DNA of 64,000 bases from contig NW_005201984.1 of assembly GCF_000372725.1 (NCBI RefSeq), positions 1 through 64,000 of the forward strand, written 5' to 3'. The notes beneath the pieces are model-generated. The model had not been told where the DNA came from, searched no databases, and saw nothing but the letters and a program-made list of their open reading frames with translations. The stretch is from Emiliania huxleyi CCMP1516 (taxonomy: Eukaryota). This document shows positions 1 to 10,200 of this stretch, in pieces. Numbering within the stretch: position 1 is the stretch's first letter; every line of letters starts with the position of its first letter. Both the position numbers and the translations under genes were made by a program.

Positions 1-1219
1 TCCACCTCGAGCGAGTCCCGCTCCGCCACGAGGCCATCGCGCTCGAGCAAGGCGGCATCCCGCTCAATGGCGAGCTGACTCCTCTCTGCCGCAGCGCTGT
101 CAGCGGAAGCTGCGAGAGACTCCCTGGCCTGCGCATGCGCCTTGACCTGCGCCTGAAGCGCAACCACCTGTGGACGGACGCGTTACAATGCGGCAGATGC
201 AACGTCTGTCGCGAGCGCACGAGCCAGAGATACGGTCTAGGCGTGGAGCCCGAGATGCGTGGCAGGAGACCGCGGATATTGAAAGCAGCTTGACGCAGGG
301 ACGGGTGTTGGAAGGCACCATGTTCGCTGCCTCGCCCATGTCCGCCTCGAGCCGCGCCCTCTCACGGGCCTCCGCCTCGGCGTCCGCCTCGGCCTCACTT
401 GCACGAGCCTTTGCTGCCGCGCTTTCGGCACGCATCGACTCCGCCTCCGCCTCGAGCTCCGTGCGCGCGTCGCTCAGCCGCGCATGGATGCTGTCGCGCT
501 CAGTCGCTCGTGCAGCCTATGGGTTACAGCCGCGCTGACGGCGAAGCATTTGTCCGAAGGAGCTGCAACGAGACGCCGCCCCCGCCACCTCGCTGCCGTC
601 AAGGCGTGCCCTCAACTCCTCGATTTCCGCCTGTCCCATACGGTGCTTGAATATGCTGGCATACGCGACGCCAAACGCAGCGCGGAGGCTCTGCCTGCGT
701 TGTCTCGTGCAGCGCTCGATCGTGCTCGCTCGCCCGCAGTCGCTCGAGCTCAGCCTGAGAGGGGGGAAGGACTATTAGTGCTACTCCATCAGCGTCTGCA
801 TGTCATGCCATACTGGGCGTGCACTACCGCCCACTTTGCCAGGACCGGGCACTCTCCGGTGCGACACACCTCTCTCGCAAAGAGCTTGGATTCCGTTTCC
901 CGCGATGCTGCCTCGAGCCGTGAGGTGGCGCAGCGCGCGTCTGCTAGTTGAGCTCTGAGCTCGGAGAACTCGATTCGCCTAGAGCCGCGCCTCGGCAGGA
1001 TTGGCACGTAAACGTGGCAACCCAACAGCGAGCGGTCCGCGACGCACCGGGCCGAGAGCTCAGACCGCTGCGCGTCTAGCGTCGCCCTGTCGGCGGCGGT
1101 GCTCTCAAGCCGCTCCACTGCCGCCTCGCGCCACGTCCGCTCCTCCGCCAAGTCCGCTCTGAGCTGCTGGACCTGCGCTGCGAGGGCATCCACCTGAGGC
1201 CAAGATTGGAGCGAGTTGG

Positions 1220-1305
<86 letters not shown>

Positions 1306-1652
1306 AAGGAGAGCGAGCGCGCTTTGCCCACCTCTGTCTCCCGCGTCGCGAGCTGTTGCCGCAGCCGGCCCAGCTCGATCCGCTGGGCGTCAAGGGAGGA
1401 CTCGAAGTGCTCGGATGCCTTGGCCTCCCGGCCCGCCGCGTTGGCCGACAGGCGGCGCACCTCGGCGAGCAGCAGGTCCAGCTGCTGGTTCTTGCGTTGG
1501 ACCGACTCGCGGAAGAGCGCCTCTGTTTTGTGAAGGTGTCGCTGCAGCTCGCCGAGGCTCTTCTCTTGACTAAGGAGCGCAACGCAATAGGCCTGCGTCG
1601 GTTCCGACAGCCCTGTCGCCGGTTGGTCGAGCATTGAGGATTCAGCCTTCAT
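1..1652 (-). CDS. Intron-containing coiled-coil protein, 3' end runs off the window edge
   Basis: Heptad-like E/L/A/R/Q-rich segments (SLGELQRHLHKTEALFRESVQRKNQQLDLLLAEVRRL; VDALAAQVQQLRADLAEE; ESAAAKARASEAEADAEAEARERARLEAD) separated by GT-AG introns, e.g. GAG|GTGGGC...CAG|GTGGAT around the (CA)n tract. Exact downstream exon structure is uncertain. Confidence 0.6.
1222..1304. repeat. (TG)n microsatellite within an intron
   Basis: Directly visible; produces the spurious HTHT/VCVC ORFs. Confidence 0.97.
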
Positions 1653-1859
1653 GAAGGCTCAAGGCGCTACACAGGACAATTCCATTCTCTGGACGTACGA
1701 GTGTTGAGCGCTCGCCCCTTGCGACAGCGCGGGAAAAAGATGGCCCGGAGGCAACCCACGGCATGCGATTCGACCACAGCACTCGACGCTTAAGTCGAGA
1801 AAGGCCCAAGTCCTGCTGGCGATCCCCCCAAAGGAAGAAAAAACTTATCAGTACCGAGG

Positions 1860-2080
1860 AAAAAGAAAGAAAGAAAGAAAACAGACAACTCAAGGGAGGG
1901 ATGGGAGAACGGCACGCCGCCACCACACAGGGATTTTAAGGAGAGGAGTGTGATGCGCTAGCCGTCGCCTACCCTAGGGAGTCTGCCTCTTCCTATCTCT
2001 CTTCGCAGTCTCTCTCCGATTCTCGCTTCAACCTTCGTGCCACCTCGCGGCCGTCCCACTCTCGTCGCTCTCTCCCTTGT
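1860..2080 (+). repeat. Dispersed intergenic repeat, core GGCACGCCGCCACCACAC (copy 1)
   Basis: Related copies at ~4255-4520, ~12040-12065, ~44925-45050 (reverse), ~58400-58470 and ~58870-58950. Confidence 0.85.
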
Positions 2081-2242
2081 CACTTCCTCCTCTGTCGCGT
2101 CGTTCTCTTCTGTCTCGTCCTGCGGCGCCGCCACACAGGCCCCTTCTCGGGTGATTTCTTTTTTGGAAACACACTCGGAGCGCCGGCGTCCAGAAGCTGC
2201 TGAGGAGTCCTCAAAAAGCCGGACGAGTCCTCAGGGCCGATC

Positions 2243-2619
2243 ATGCCGTACCTTCGGAATGGGCAAGTGATCGAGCAACGCTCCTTCATGGAGGAGCTGC
2301 TCAATCTTCCGAACCAGGTCTACGCTCTCATCGCCTTTTTCTTTGCGACGCTGTTCAATCCAGATGCGATCAAGCAAAAGGGAGCGCCGCGGCGGCAGGT
2401 GCGCAGAGGCGGGTTTGGCGGCGGCGGCGGCGGTGGCGGCGGCGGCGGCGGTGGCGGCGGCGGACCCGGGCGGCGACCGATGGGCCGCGTCGGAGGTGCC
2501 TGCTCCCTCGCCTGTGAGCGCGCGCCCCACCCTCGTGTGACCTCCGAGCATGTGACCCTCCCCCCGACGCAGGTAGTAGCATTACGGGCGGCGGCCCCGC
2601 GGGTGGGTGAGGCTCGTAA
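2243..2619 (+). CDS. SELENOK: Selenoprotein K (SelK/SelG family); exons 2243-2495 and 2573-2619; Sec codon TGA 2608-2610
   Basis: MPYLRNGQVIEQRS N-terminus, one TM helix (VYALIAFFFATLF), Gly/Arg/Pro-rich tail with RRPMGR. After a 77-nt GT-AG intron the frame reads GSSITGGGPAGG-TGA-GS-TAA, matching the SelK C-terminal GGUG(x)-stop signature. A SECIS follows. Confidence 0.9.
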
Positions 2620-2662
2620 ATCGTGTGCCACGCGCACACGGTATTGCTGCCCGGCTGCCAAA

Positions 2663-2722
2663 GCGCCACATGATGCGTGCGCGGACAGCCCAATACGGGG
2701 CCGCGCATGTGGAGGCAAGCGC
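2663..2722 (+). promoter_or_regulatory. SECIS element in the SELENOK 3'UTR
   Basis: AUGA(U) at 2670-2674; 10-bp helix II GCGUGCGCGG (2675-2684) pairs fully with CCGCGCAUGU (2701-2710); 3' core GGAG at 2711-2714; apical ACA plus a CCC/GGG mini-stem; GCGC/GCGC helix I. Confidence 0.85.
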
Positions 2723-3169
2723 GCACGACTCGCACCATGGCTCTCTTATGCTGCCATTGGTGGAGAGCTCAGGCTAGGCAGGGCAGATTAGTGGGGTTCG
2801 CCACGAGGGGTTGCTTGTATGTCGGATGTCGCCAAGGCGGGGGGCTAAGAGGAGGGGGGGGAGGTCTCTGGCATAGAGTGTGTATACATTAAAACCGCTG
2901 GGGGTCGATGCCCAGATCACCCCCTTCTGACGTTGAAACGACGTGTGACGTGTGCAAGCCGCGGCCCGTGTCTCCAGCACGGGCTCGACGCACCTGGTAG
3001 CTGGTTCAACGTCGCACGTCGGCCGGCGCCGGGGGGGTTGCCGTGTAGTTGTGTGCGTGATAATGTATGTATGTAACTAGTGAGACGATTGTATGTAAAT
3101 AGTGAGACGATTTAGGTTTGGGGCAGGGCGCGAGTGTGAGACTTTTCGGCGGGCGAAATGCGGCGGGTT

Positions 3170-3680
3170 GGATGCGTCCTCATTGGGACGACCTTGTGGG
3201 ACGACCTGGCGGCGCGAGGCACACGGGCGCCGGCGTGGCGCGTCGGCTCGTGGCCCACCACGAGCAGATGCGCGACGAGCGCGCTCGGGAAGCGGCCGCG
3301 GGCGACGCGGAGCTTCCGCCGGAGGACGACGCGGTCGAGATGGCGAGCGCCGTCCACGTGCTGGACAGCGTGGCGGAGGTGGGCCCGAACTACTTACACC
3401 CTGCTGCGCAGCAAGGAGACGAAGGCGATGCGCCGGAAGCGAAAGCGCGAGGATGCCAGGGCGGCGCTCGACGGCCACACTGTCCTGTCCACCGGATCGC
3501 GCCTCGAGATCTTCTGCGACAATGAGCGGTGGTACCCTGCGACCGTCATGGCGCGGGAGGAGGACGGGGACGGACGGATCGTGGTTCGTGCACGAGGTCG
3601 AGTACGACACGCCTTGTTGCCCGAGAGGGCCTCGCCACGCTCGCCCAGCTCCTCCTTGAGCTCCACCACCTTCATATCGC
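3170..3680. pseudogene. Chimeric gene remnants: + strand Tudor-like fragment abutting a - strand SAP-domain fragment
   Basis: + strand GSRLEIFCDNERWYPATVMAREED..HEVEYD (with frameshift); - strand MKVVELKEELGERGEALSGNKA (3675-3610) resembles a SAP motif. Confidence 0.45.
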
Positions 3681-3825
3681 CACCAGATCCTTTTGGACAG
3701 CTTTTGGACCTTTCGCATCGCCGCCGCCGCAAAGAGCCCCGGGCTCAGCGCGCCTCAGCCTCGTGCGCAGCAGCGCCCTTATGTGTTACAAACTTGTAGC
3801 GCTACATGTTTGGACACACACCGGC

Positions 3826-4095
3826 GGGCGCTTTCGAGGCGAGCGCCAGCATTTTTCTAGGCAGCCACTAGGCTCTAGGGAAGGCATAGTGTGCAGGAAC
3901 TAGTCTTCTGCCGTTTGCGGGACGATAGCTAGTACTTACTGCACCCGGCGCGCAGCGCCGAAGAAAAATTGAAAAATGCTAAAAGTTGGGCGCTCCGAGA
4001 CGACCAAAGTGGTAAAAGTCGCACTCTCCCGCCCTGAGACCCGTTCAAAAGCGTAAAAGCACCCGAGGCTCCAGAAACCTAACCCTCAGACTATG
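3826..4095 (+). mobile_element. One-ended copy of the hAT-like MITE found intact at 19682-20106
   Basis: Clear similarity to ~19851-20106, ending in the same TIR ACCCTCAGACTATG; no left TIR seen. Confidence 0.85.
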
Positions 4096-4254
4096 GCGTG
4101 ATGGCCGGACGTCATAATATGTGTACGTATGATATGTGGAGTGCTCTGCGAGAGAGCGGTCGTGATGTCGCGGACGTGTGAGAGCTCTTTCAGAGAGGAA
4201 GAGGCGGTGTAGTCTGTAGAGGGTTTCGGGGCGACTGCGAACTCGTCGAAAAAA

Positions 4255-4520
4255 ATAAAAGAAAAACAGCACCCAAGGGGAAGAGATGGCGGAGAACGGC
4301 ACGCCGCCAGCCGCCACCACCGACAGGGCGATTTGAAGCATGAAGGTGAGGAGTGTGGTGCTAGCCGTCGCCCACCCTTGGGGCTTGGGCGTCTGCCTCT
4401 TCCCCTATATCCCTCTTCCTAGCTCTTTTCGCAGTCTCTCGCCAATTCTCGCAGCCAATTCTCGCAGCGACCTTCATGCCACCTCGCGGTCGTCCCACTC
4501 TCGTCGTCCTCTCTCTCCTG
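4255..4520 (+). repeat. Dispersed intergenic repeat (copy 2)
   Basis: Aligns by eye with 1860-2080 (GGAGAACGGCACGCCGCCA...GCTAGCCGTCGCC...GCCACCTCGCGG.CGTCCCACTCTCGTCG). Confidence 0.85.
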
Positions 4521-4982
4521 CCCCGTCCTCCGAAGTGCGGGGCGACATGAATGCGTTTTGTTGCGCGCGGGATGACAAATTCTGACCGCGCAAGATGAAG
4601 GGTGGCTAAGGGCTCTGCCCGCAAGGTGCCCGCGTCGCAGACGCGGTACCATTGACAAATCTGCAATGCCCCCACCGACGCACCGAGCAAATAGCAAAAC
4701 CCGAATACGTAAACTTGGAGCACTTGGAGTGCGGTCATCAACCGCACCACCGCACGCCCAGGGCAGGGGAGCTCAGAAGCGCACCCAGCGGGCCGGACGA
4801 TTGGCATCGGGTTGCGGGCGAGAGAGAGAGCCCTACCTAGCTAGCCCTGGGGGGTGCGCGTTCGCAGGGAATGGGCCATAAGTAAAGTTCAACCGTTTCA
4901 GGCATCAGGGATCGCCCGAGATCGCGCTGCGCTGGCTGGCTAGGTAGGCTGAGACTACCCTCTACCTACCCTGGAAATTCGA

Positions 4983-5103
4983 CCCCTTTTCTGGGCTCAC
5001 AAGCTGAAGATGTTCATTCACGGGCCCTCACACGGAGGTGGGGAGCCGCGGGTACTCTTTACACTTTAGGTCTAGCTGTACTCGTCAGGCTCTAGGCAGG
5101 GTT
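4983..5103 (+). repeat. Repeat module A (second copy ~31800-31913)
   Basis: Shared CCTTTT..GGCTCACAAGCT..AAGATGTTCA..CGGGTACTCTTTA..TAGCTGTACTCGTC..TAGGCAGGGGTT. Confidence 0.8.
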
Positions 5104-5267
5104 TGCTTGCTCGTTGCAGCTGGAAATTAAGACAACAACAAACGAGCTCGGAGCTGACCTCTTTGTCACTTTCTGGCCGCGTCCCTCCCCTGTCCGAGGT
5201 GCAGCGCGAAAAAAAGAAAATCGGAGCTGCCGAGCCAGGCCTGCCATGTGCGCGCGCGCGCCTCGCC

Positions 5268-5520
5268 CGAGCGCAGCCACCTGCGGACCTGGCCAGCCTG
5301 TTCCTGGCTCGAGCCCAGCCTCTCCTTCCGCTGCCGCCGGCCTCGCAGTCCCGCCAGCCATCACGCTGCAGAGCCTGCGTAGACGCCACAGACGCCAATT
5401 CTGCAGCCCACAGCCCTGGCAACTGAGGGCGAGGGCCAGCAGTATACGACGACGACGGCATCTCACACCCCGCGCTGGCCAGCGCCATCAGCCCCTCACG
5501 GCCCGGCCCAACCTTCCCTT
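5268..5520 (+). repeat. Repeat module B (second copy ~23360-23607)
   Basis: Near-identical GCGCAGCCACCTGCGGACCTGGCCAGCC...GCCAGCGCCATCAGCCCCTCACGGCCC. Confidence 0.9.
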
Positions 5521-5802
5521 CCCCACCCTCGCCTCCAGTGCCTCCAAATCAAGCCGTCGCACCTCTCTTCTTCAGCGAATGCAGCGGCAGCACCACGTCA
5601 GAGGCCGGGCCGACTGGCGGACCTGCATGCCCAGCCATGCCCCCCACTCCCCACCCGCTTGGATCGATCAGCTGACAGCTCCACCAGCTCCCACCACCGC
5701 GTGTCGTGTCATGAAGCATGATAGATAGACATAGAAAGCATGAACCATCGAAAGGTCTGGTCTCCAAAAAGAGCTCACGGCGGCTGCGCGCGCCGCGCCC
5801 CG

Positions 5803-6018
5803 CCCCTTTTGCGCAGCAACACCTTAAACTTCATGGCCCTCCAAATTCGGGTCGGAGCGCAGCGGAGTGGGCCCCGAGTTTGAAAAAGGGGAAGGACGCT
5901 TGCTTGCGTCCTAGCTAGCCTCCAACAACGCCTCCCCGGCGCAGAGGGGCCCCCGGAGGGATGCTCAACCGCTCCACGCCACGCCGCTTGCGGCGGTCCT
6001 ATTCCCAGCTCCGCTGAG
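5803..6018 (+). repeat. Repeat module C (inverted copy ~22897-23108)
   Basis: Reverse-complement match; both give the translation SAELGIGPPQAAWRGAVEHPSGGPSAPG on opposite strands. Confidence 0.9.
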
Positions 6019-6157
6019 AGCACTTAGCTGCACTTGGAGCACACGAGTGCAGTCATCAACCGCACACATGCAGGGTGTGGCCCCATTATTTTTGTCTTCT
6101 GCACCTCGCTCCCGGCGCACCGACTCGCTCGTGTGCGTGGCACAAAACTGCCGAGAA

Positions 6158-7950
6158 ATGAAGGACACGATAGAGACACTCGTGCAGCGCCAGGACCTCA
6201 CCCTCGATCAGAGCGCTGCGGCGGCCGAGGCAATCATCGCCGGCGCCGACCCGTGCCAGGCCGCCGCGCTGCTGGTGCTGCTGCGCTCAAAGGGCGAGAC
6301 GCCGGCAGAGGTGGCCGGCATGGTGCGGACGATGCGGAGGCACATGCTGACTGTGAGTCCGGCGCGGCCGTGTATCGACATCGTCGGCACTGGCGGCGAC
6401 GGCCATCACACCGTCAACATCTCGACCGCCGCGTCGGTCGTCGCTGCCGCTTGCGGCGCGGCGGTGGCAAAGCATGGCAACCGGTCTGTCTCGTCAAAGT
6501 GCGGCTCAGCGGATGTGCTGGAGGAGGTGGGCGTGTCGCTGGCGCTACCGCCCAGCGGGATTGAAGCCTGCATCGCCCAAGCCGGCATCGCCTTCATGTT
6601 TGCGCCCGGCTTCCACCCTGCCATGAAGAACATCGTGCCCGTGCGCAAGGCTCGCCGCCTCACCGCTCCGCTACCGCCTGCTGTCCATCCTGCCGTCTCT
6701 CCTCGCGGCCGCCTCTCCCGTCCCTGCTGCCCTCACTGCACCGCCGCCTCACGAACGCCCTCGCTGCGCAGGCGCTCGGCGTGCGCACGGTCTTCAACAT
6801 CCTCGGGCCTCTCATCAACCCAGCCGCGTGCACCCGCGGCGTGATCGGCGTCTACGCACCCTCGCTCGTCGCCCTCGTGGCGGAGGCGCTGCACGCGCTG
6901 GGCGCTGAGCTGATCATGGTGCCCCTCAGTGACCCTCGCCTCTCCCTCCCTCTCTCCCTCCCTCCTCTCTCCCTCCCTCCTCTCTCCCTCCCTCCTCCCT
7001 CCCTCCCTCCTCTCTCCCTCCCTCCTCTCTCCCTCCCTCCTCTCTCCCTCCCTCCTCTCTCCCTCCCTCCTCTCTCCCTCCCTCCTCTCTCCCGTGAGCT
7101 GCAGCCCACGGCCGGACGGCCGAGAGCCCGAGGCCGCGCACCTCGTCGCCGCAGGTGGTGCACTGCTGCGGCCTCGACGAACTCGCGCCCATCGGCGAGG
7201 CGATCGCGGCGGCGACCGCAGTACGAATGCGTCCATGATCAGCCGAGCCTGACGAGAGGATCCATGGACCAGGCGAGCGTGGCGACGGTCACACCTGCCG
7301 GCGTCGAGTACTCGACGCTCGACTGCACTCGGCTCGGCTTTGCCGTTTGCTCCATTGCAGCCCAGCCTTCCGCGACGCTGCGCTGCCAGAGGCGTCCTGG
7401 ACACATTCCTCGTCGCCCGTGCGCTGTTAGGACGACCTCAAGGGCGGCGACTGCGTGGAGAACGCCGCCTCACTGCGCAAGGTGCTCACACGCACCACGC
7501 ACACGCCACACACGCACGCACCTCGCACGCTCTGCTCCCCCACACGCACCCGGCCTTGCACTGTCGAGGGACGCCCGCCGCAGGGCGTGGCGACGCGAGG
7601 GACCGCCCGGCCCTTACCCCACACCGGCATGTGGAGATGCCTCCCCTTCCCTTGCCCCATAGGTGCTCTCGGGGACGCTCCCCGGACCCATCGCCGACAC
7701 GGTCGCCCTCAACGCCGGCGCCGGACTCTACGTCGCCGGCGTCGCTCCGACGCTGCAGGCCGGCTGCAAGCTCGCGAGCGAGGCCATCGCCGCCGGCTCG
7801 CCGCCCGCCGCGCTCGAAGCTGGCACCTTCGCGCGCGTTCCCACACGTTCTCGCCCCCGCCGCGTAGGCTCACCCATCTCCACCCTAGACAAGTGGGTGC
7901 AGTGCTCGCAAGCGGCCGCGGCGGCTGCCAGCGACCAGGCCGCGAGCTAG
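6158..7950 (+). CDS. trpD: Anthranilate phosphoribosyltransferase; about 7 exons (6158-6649, 6772-6918, 7155-7199, 7273-7356, 7431-7481, 7663-7795, 7868-7950)
   Basis: Motifs [79 protein letters not shown]. Start could be upstream (6068). Confidence 0.95.
6943..7092. repeat. 15-nt polypyrimidine tandem repeat (CCTCCTCTCTCCCTC)n in trpD intron 2
   Basis: Directly visible. Confidence 0.9.
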
Positions 7951-8669
7951 AGCGGCAGCCTCCCGTCACAGCCCAAGGCGGAGCCGGCGGCCACGACCGG
8001 CCAGACGCGCAGGGACTCGCCACGAGAGGGGCAGCATCCCCAGTTCCCCGTACATACAGGAGTACCCTACCGCGCATGGTTCAACGCGCGTTCGGTTGTC
8101 GAGCTTTGACTGCGCAGTCCGCACGCTCCGCGTCTCCGGGGTCTCCGCGATCTTTCCGCGGGACCAGGCCGCAGGGGCCAGGGCCGGGGGGCGGCAATTG
8201 CGCGGCCGCGCAGTACATCTCATATTTTGTTTTTGGCAATCGTTGCATGTGAGCGACATGTATGTGTCGGATTTAACGCGATAACTCGTAAGGGGGGTGT
8301 CTCCGCCTTTTCTACCGCGTATGTAAATGTTAAAAATAATGTTATATTAAAATACGACATACACGACGTCGTCGTCGACCCGCGCCCTCGGCGCCCCCGC
8401 CCCCCTGCGATGCGCCCCCTCGAGCCCCCCCCCTGCGAGCTGCGTCGACCGGACCGCGGACGACGCACGCAGTGTGTCTCTTTCGCCGGGTGCGGGTCGG
8501 GGTGTGTGCACTGTGTGTTGCTGTGCATGTGCATGTGCATGCACATGCACATGCACATGTCATGTATGTTGTCATGTGCACACACGCCTCACGCGGAAGA
8601 CGGGCGCAGCAAGGAGCAGCGAGTGTCGCGGACAGCAAACTGACGGAACGCTAAACTACAGAACCGGAG

Positions 8670-9723
8670 TCAATCCTCTGTACCGCCATAAAAGAGCGGC
8701 CTCAGCTCTGAACTGGCCGAGGCCGGCCCTCTGGCCTTTTGCTTCTCTCGGCAGCCGACGTCCAAGTTCCTGCCCGGCCCGGCCCCCAACAGCGACCCGA
8801 ACGCGGCCGACACCAGCCCGCTGCTGCGCCGGCCGCTCCCTCGGCTCCGTCCGGAGGACGACCTCTGCTGGCTGCGGCGCGGCAAAAGCGACGCCCCGAC
8901 CGCGACCGCCCCGTCGCCGTCCTCGCCGTCAGCATCCGCGAGAGCCGCGCCCGGTCCGGTGCTACAGCAAGCGGTGCCGGTGCTGCAGGCGCCGTGCTCG
9001 TCGAAGAATGCGCCCGAGACCGCCGCAGCGTCGGGCAGCCGGAAGACGCGCAGGACGATGCGCGAGTACCGGACGGTGCCGCCGATGATCGCGAGGATCG
9101 TCGAGCAGAGCACCACGCGCGAGGAGGGCCCCATCTGCGAGTGTCCAAACGTGAAGGACAGCACCTGATGAGGGCGCGGAGGCCAGCCTTTAGGGTGAGG
9201 GTCGGCGCATCCGTGAGAGGCCGCAGCGGGAAGTGAGGGCCGAGAGCAGCAGCAGCCCGAGCGCAGCCATGAAGGTGGCGAGCATCACCTGTAGACAGTC
9301 CCGGAGAGGTCCAGGGCAGGGCCGACCGAAGCGGTGAAGGGCGAGCATCGCCTTGGTGTAGCCCTGCATCCCCGCCACCGCGTCGGCGAGGGAGCCGTCC
9401 GGCCCGCGCAGCGCCAGCGACGGCCCGAGCATCGCCACCAGCATCGCGATGAGCACGGTCTGCAGGCCGAGGCCCATGCAGGCGGTCAGCAGCGAGAGAA
9501 AGACCATCTCAGCAAGTGCGTCGCCCTCGCCCGCCCTGAACGAGGTCTGACGCTCGAGCAGGTAGTGGTAGCGGATTCCCGAGTACGCGAAACCGGCGAC
9601 CAGAGCAGCCAGGTCGCCGAGCATGCGGCAGTTCTTTGTGTAGTAGAGCAGCTCCCGCTCGCGGATCGCCACTTGCCGCTGCCGCGTCTCATTGGCGAGC
9701 CCTTCCTTGCGCGCGATCAGCAT
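8670..9723 (-). CDS. Four-TM membrane protein, distantly Orai/CRAC-channel-like; exons 9723-9352, 9288-9241, 9164-8670
   Basis: Basic N-terminal helix RQRQVAIRERELLYY then LAALVAGFAY (cf. Orai TM1 ALLSGFAM), TM2, GPSLALRGPDGSL loop and two more TMs; two GC-AG introns restore the frame. Confidence 0.65.
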
Positions 9724-10200
9724 GACGCAGGCGTCCAGCGCGCGCGACTTGTGCGGTTAAGGCGGCGAGTGCAGTCAGCTGAGCGTCCTGGTCAAGGCGT
9801 GGCTGCGGCCCGGCCTAGCCGTGGCGCCCAGCTTGAAAGAGAAACCGCACGGTATCGCAGCCTAGTTCGGAGCCGTGAGGCGGGCGAGAGCGGAGGAGCG
9901 CACGGCGCTTCTTTCGAGAGGTTGAGAGGGCGGCCTGTGGCGCTGTGCCATAGAGGGGCAAGGTCCCCCGAGAGAGTAGGAGATGAGTGAGTGCCGAGAG
10001 GAGCGCAGAGGCCAGAGCCAGCGAGGCGAGAGGGGCGCCTCGCCGGCAGTCCGCAGCGCACAACAACACATCAAACGTGCAGTCGGGCTGTTATACATGA
10101 CACAAACGACCGAGAAGCTATCTATTTGCGCGCCTCGGTCTCGTCACTCGCGGGAAAGGGATGAGGGCACATTCACGTCTCTCTAGCGCGCGGCGCGACT

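Noticed and set aside
1076..1637. HTHT/VCVC ORFs (also 41543-41908) and ERER/LSLS ORFs (50566-51109)
   Set aside because: Translations of dinucleotide microsatellites.
2243..2791. 182-aa ORF as called by the track
   Set aside because: Reads through a clear intron; the spliced SelK model fits family motifs far better.
4076..4086. AACCTAACCCT as a telomeric repeat (also ~20087)
   Set aside because: Single unit that is part of the MITE terminus.
4548..4610. MNAFCCARDDKF-UGA as a second selenoprotein
   Set aside because: Read-through adds only 7 residues, with no family resemblance and no SECIS seen.
8255..8370. AT-rich island with partial inverted ends as a MITE or ncRNA
   Set aside because: No convincing TIR/TSD or RNA motif.
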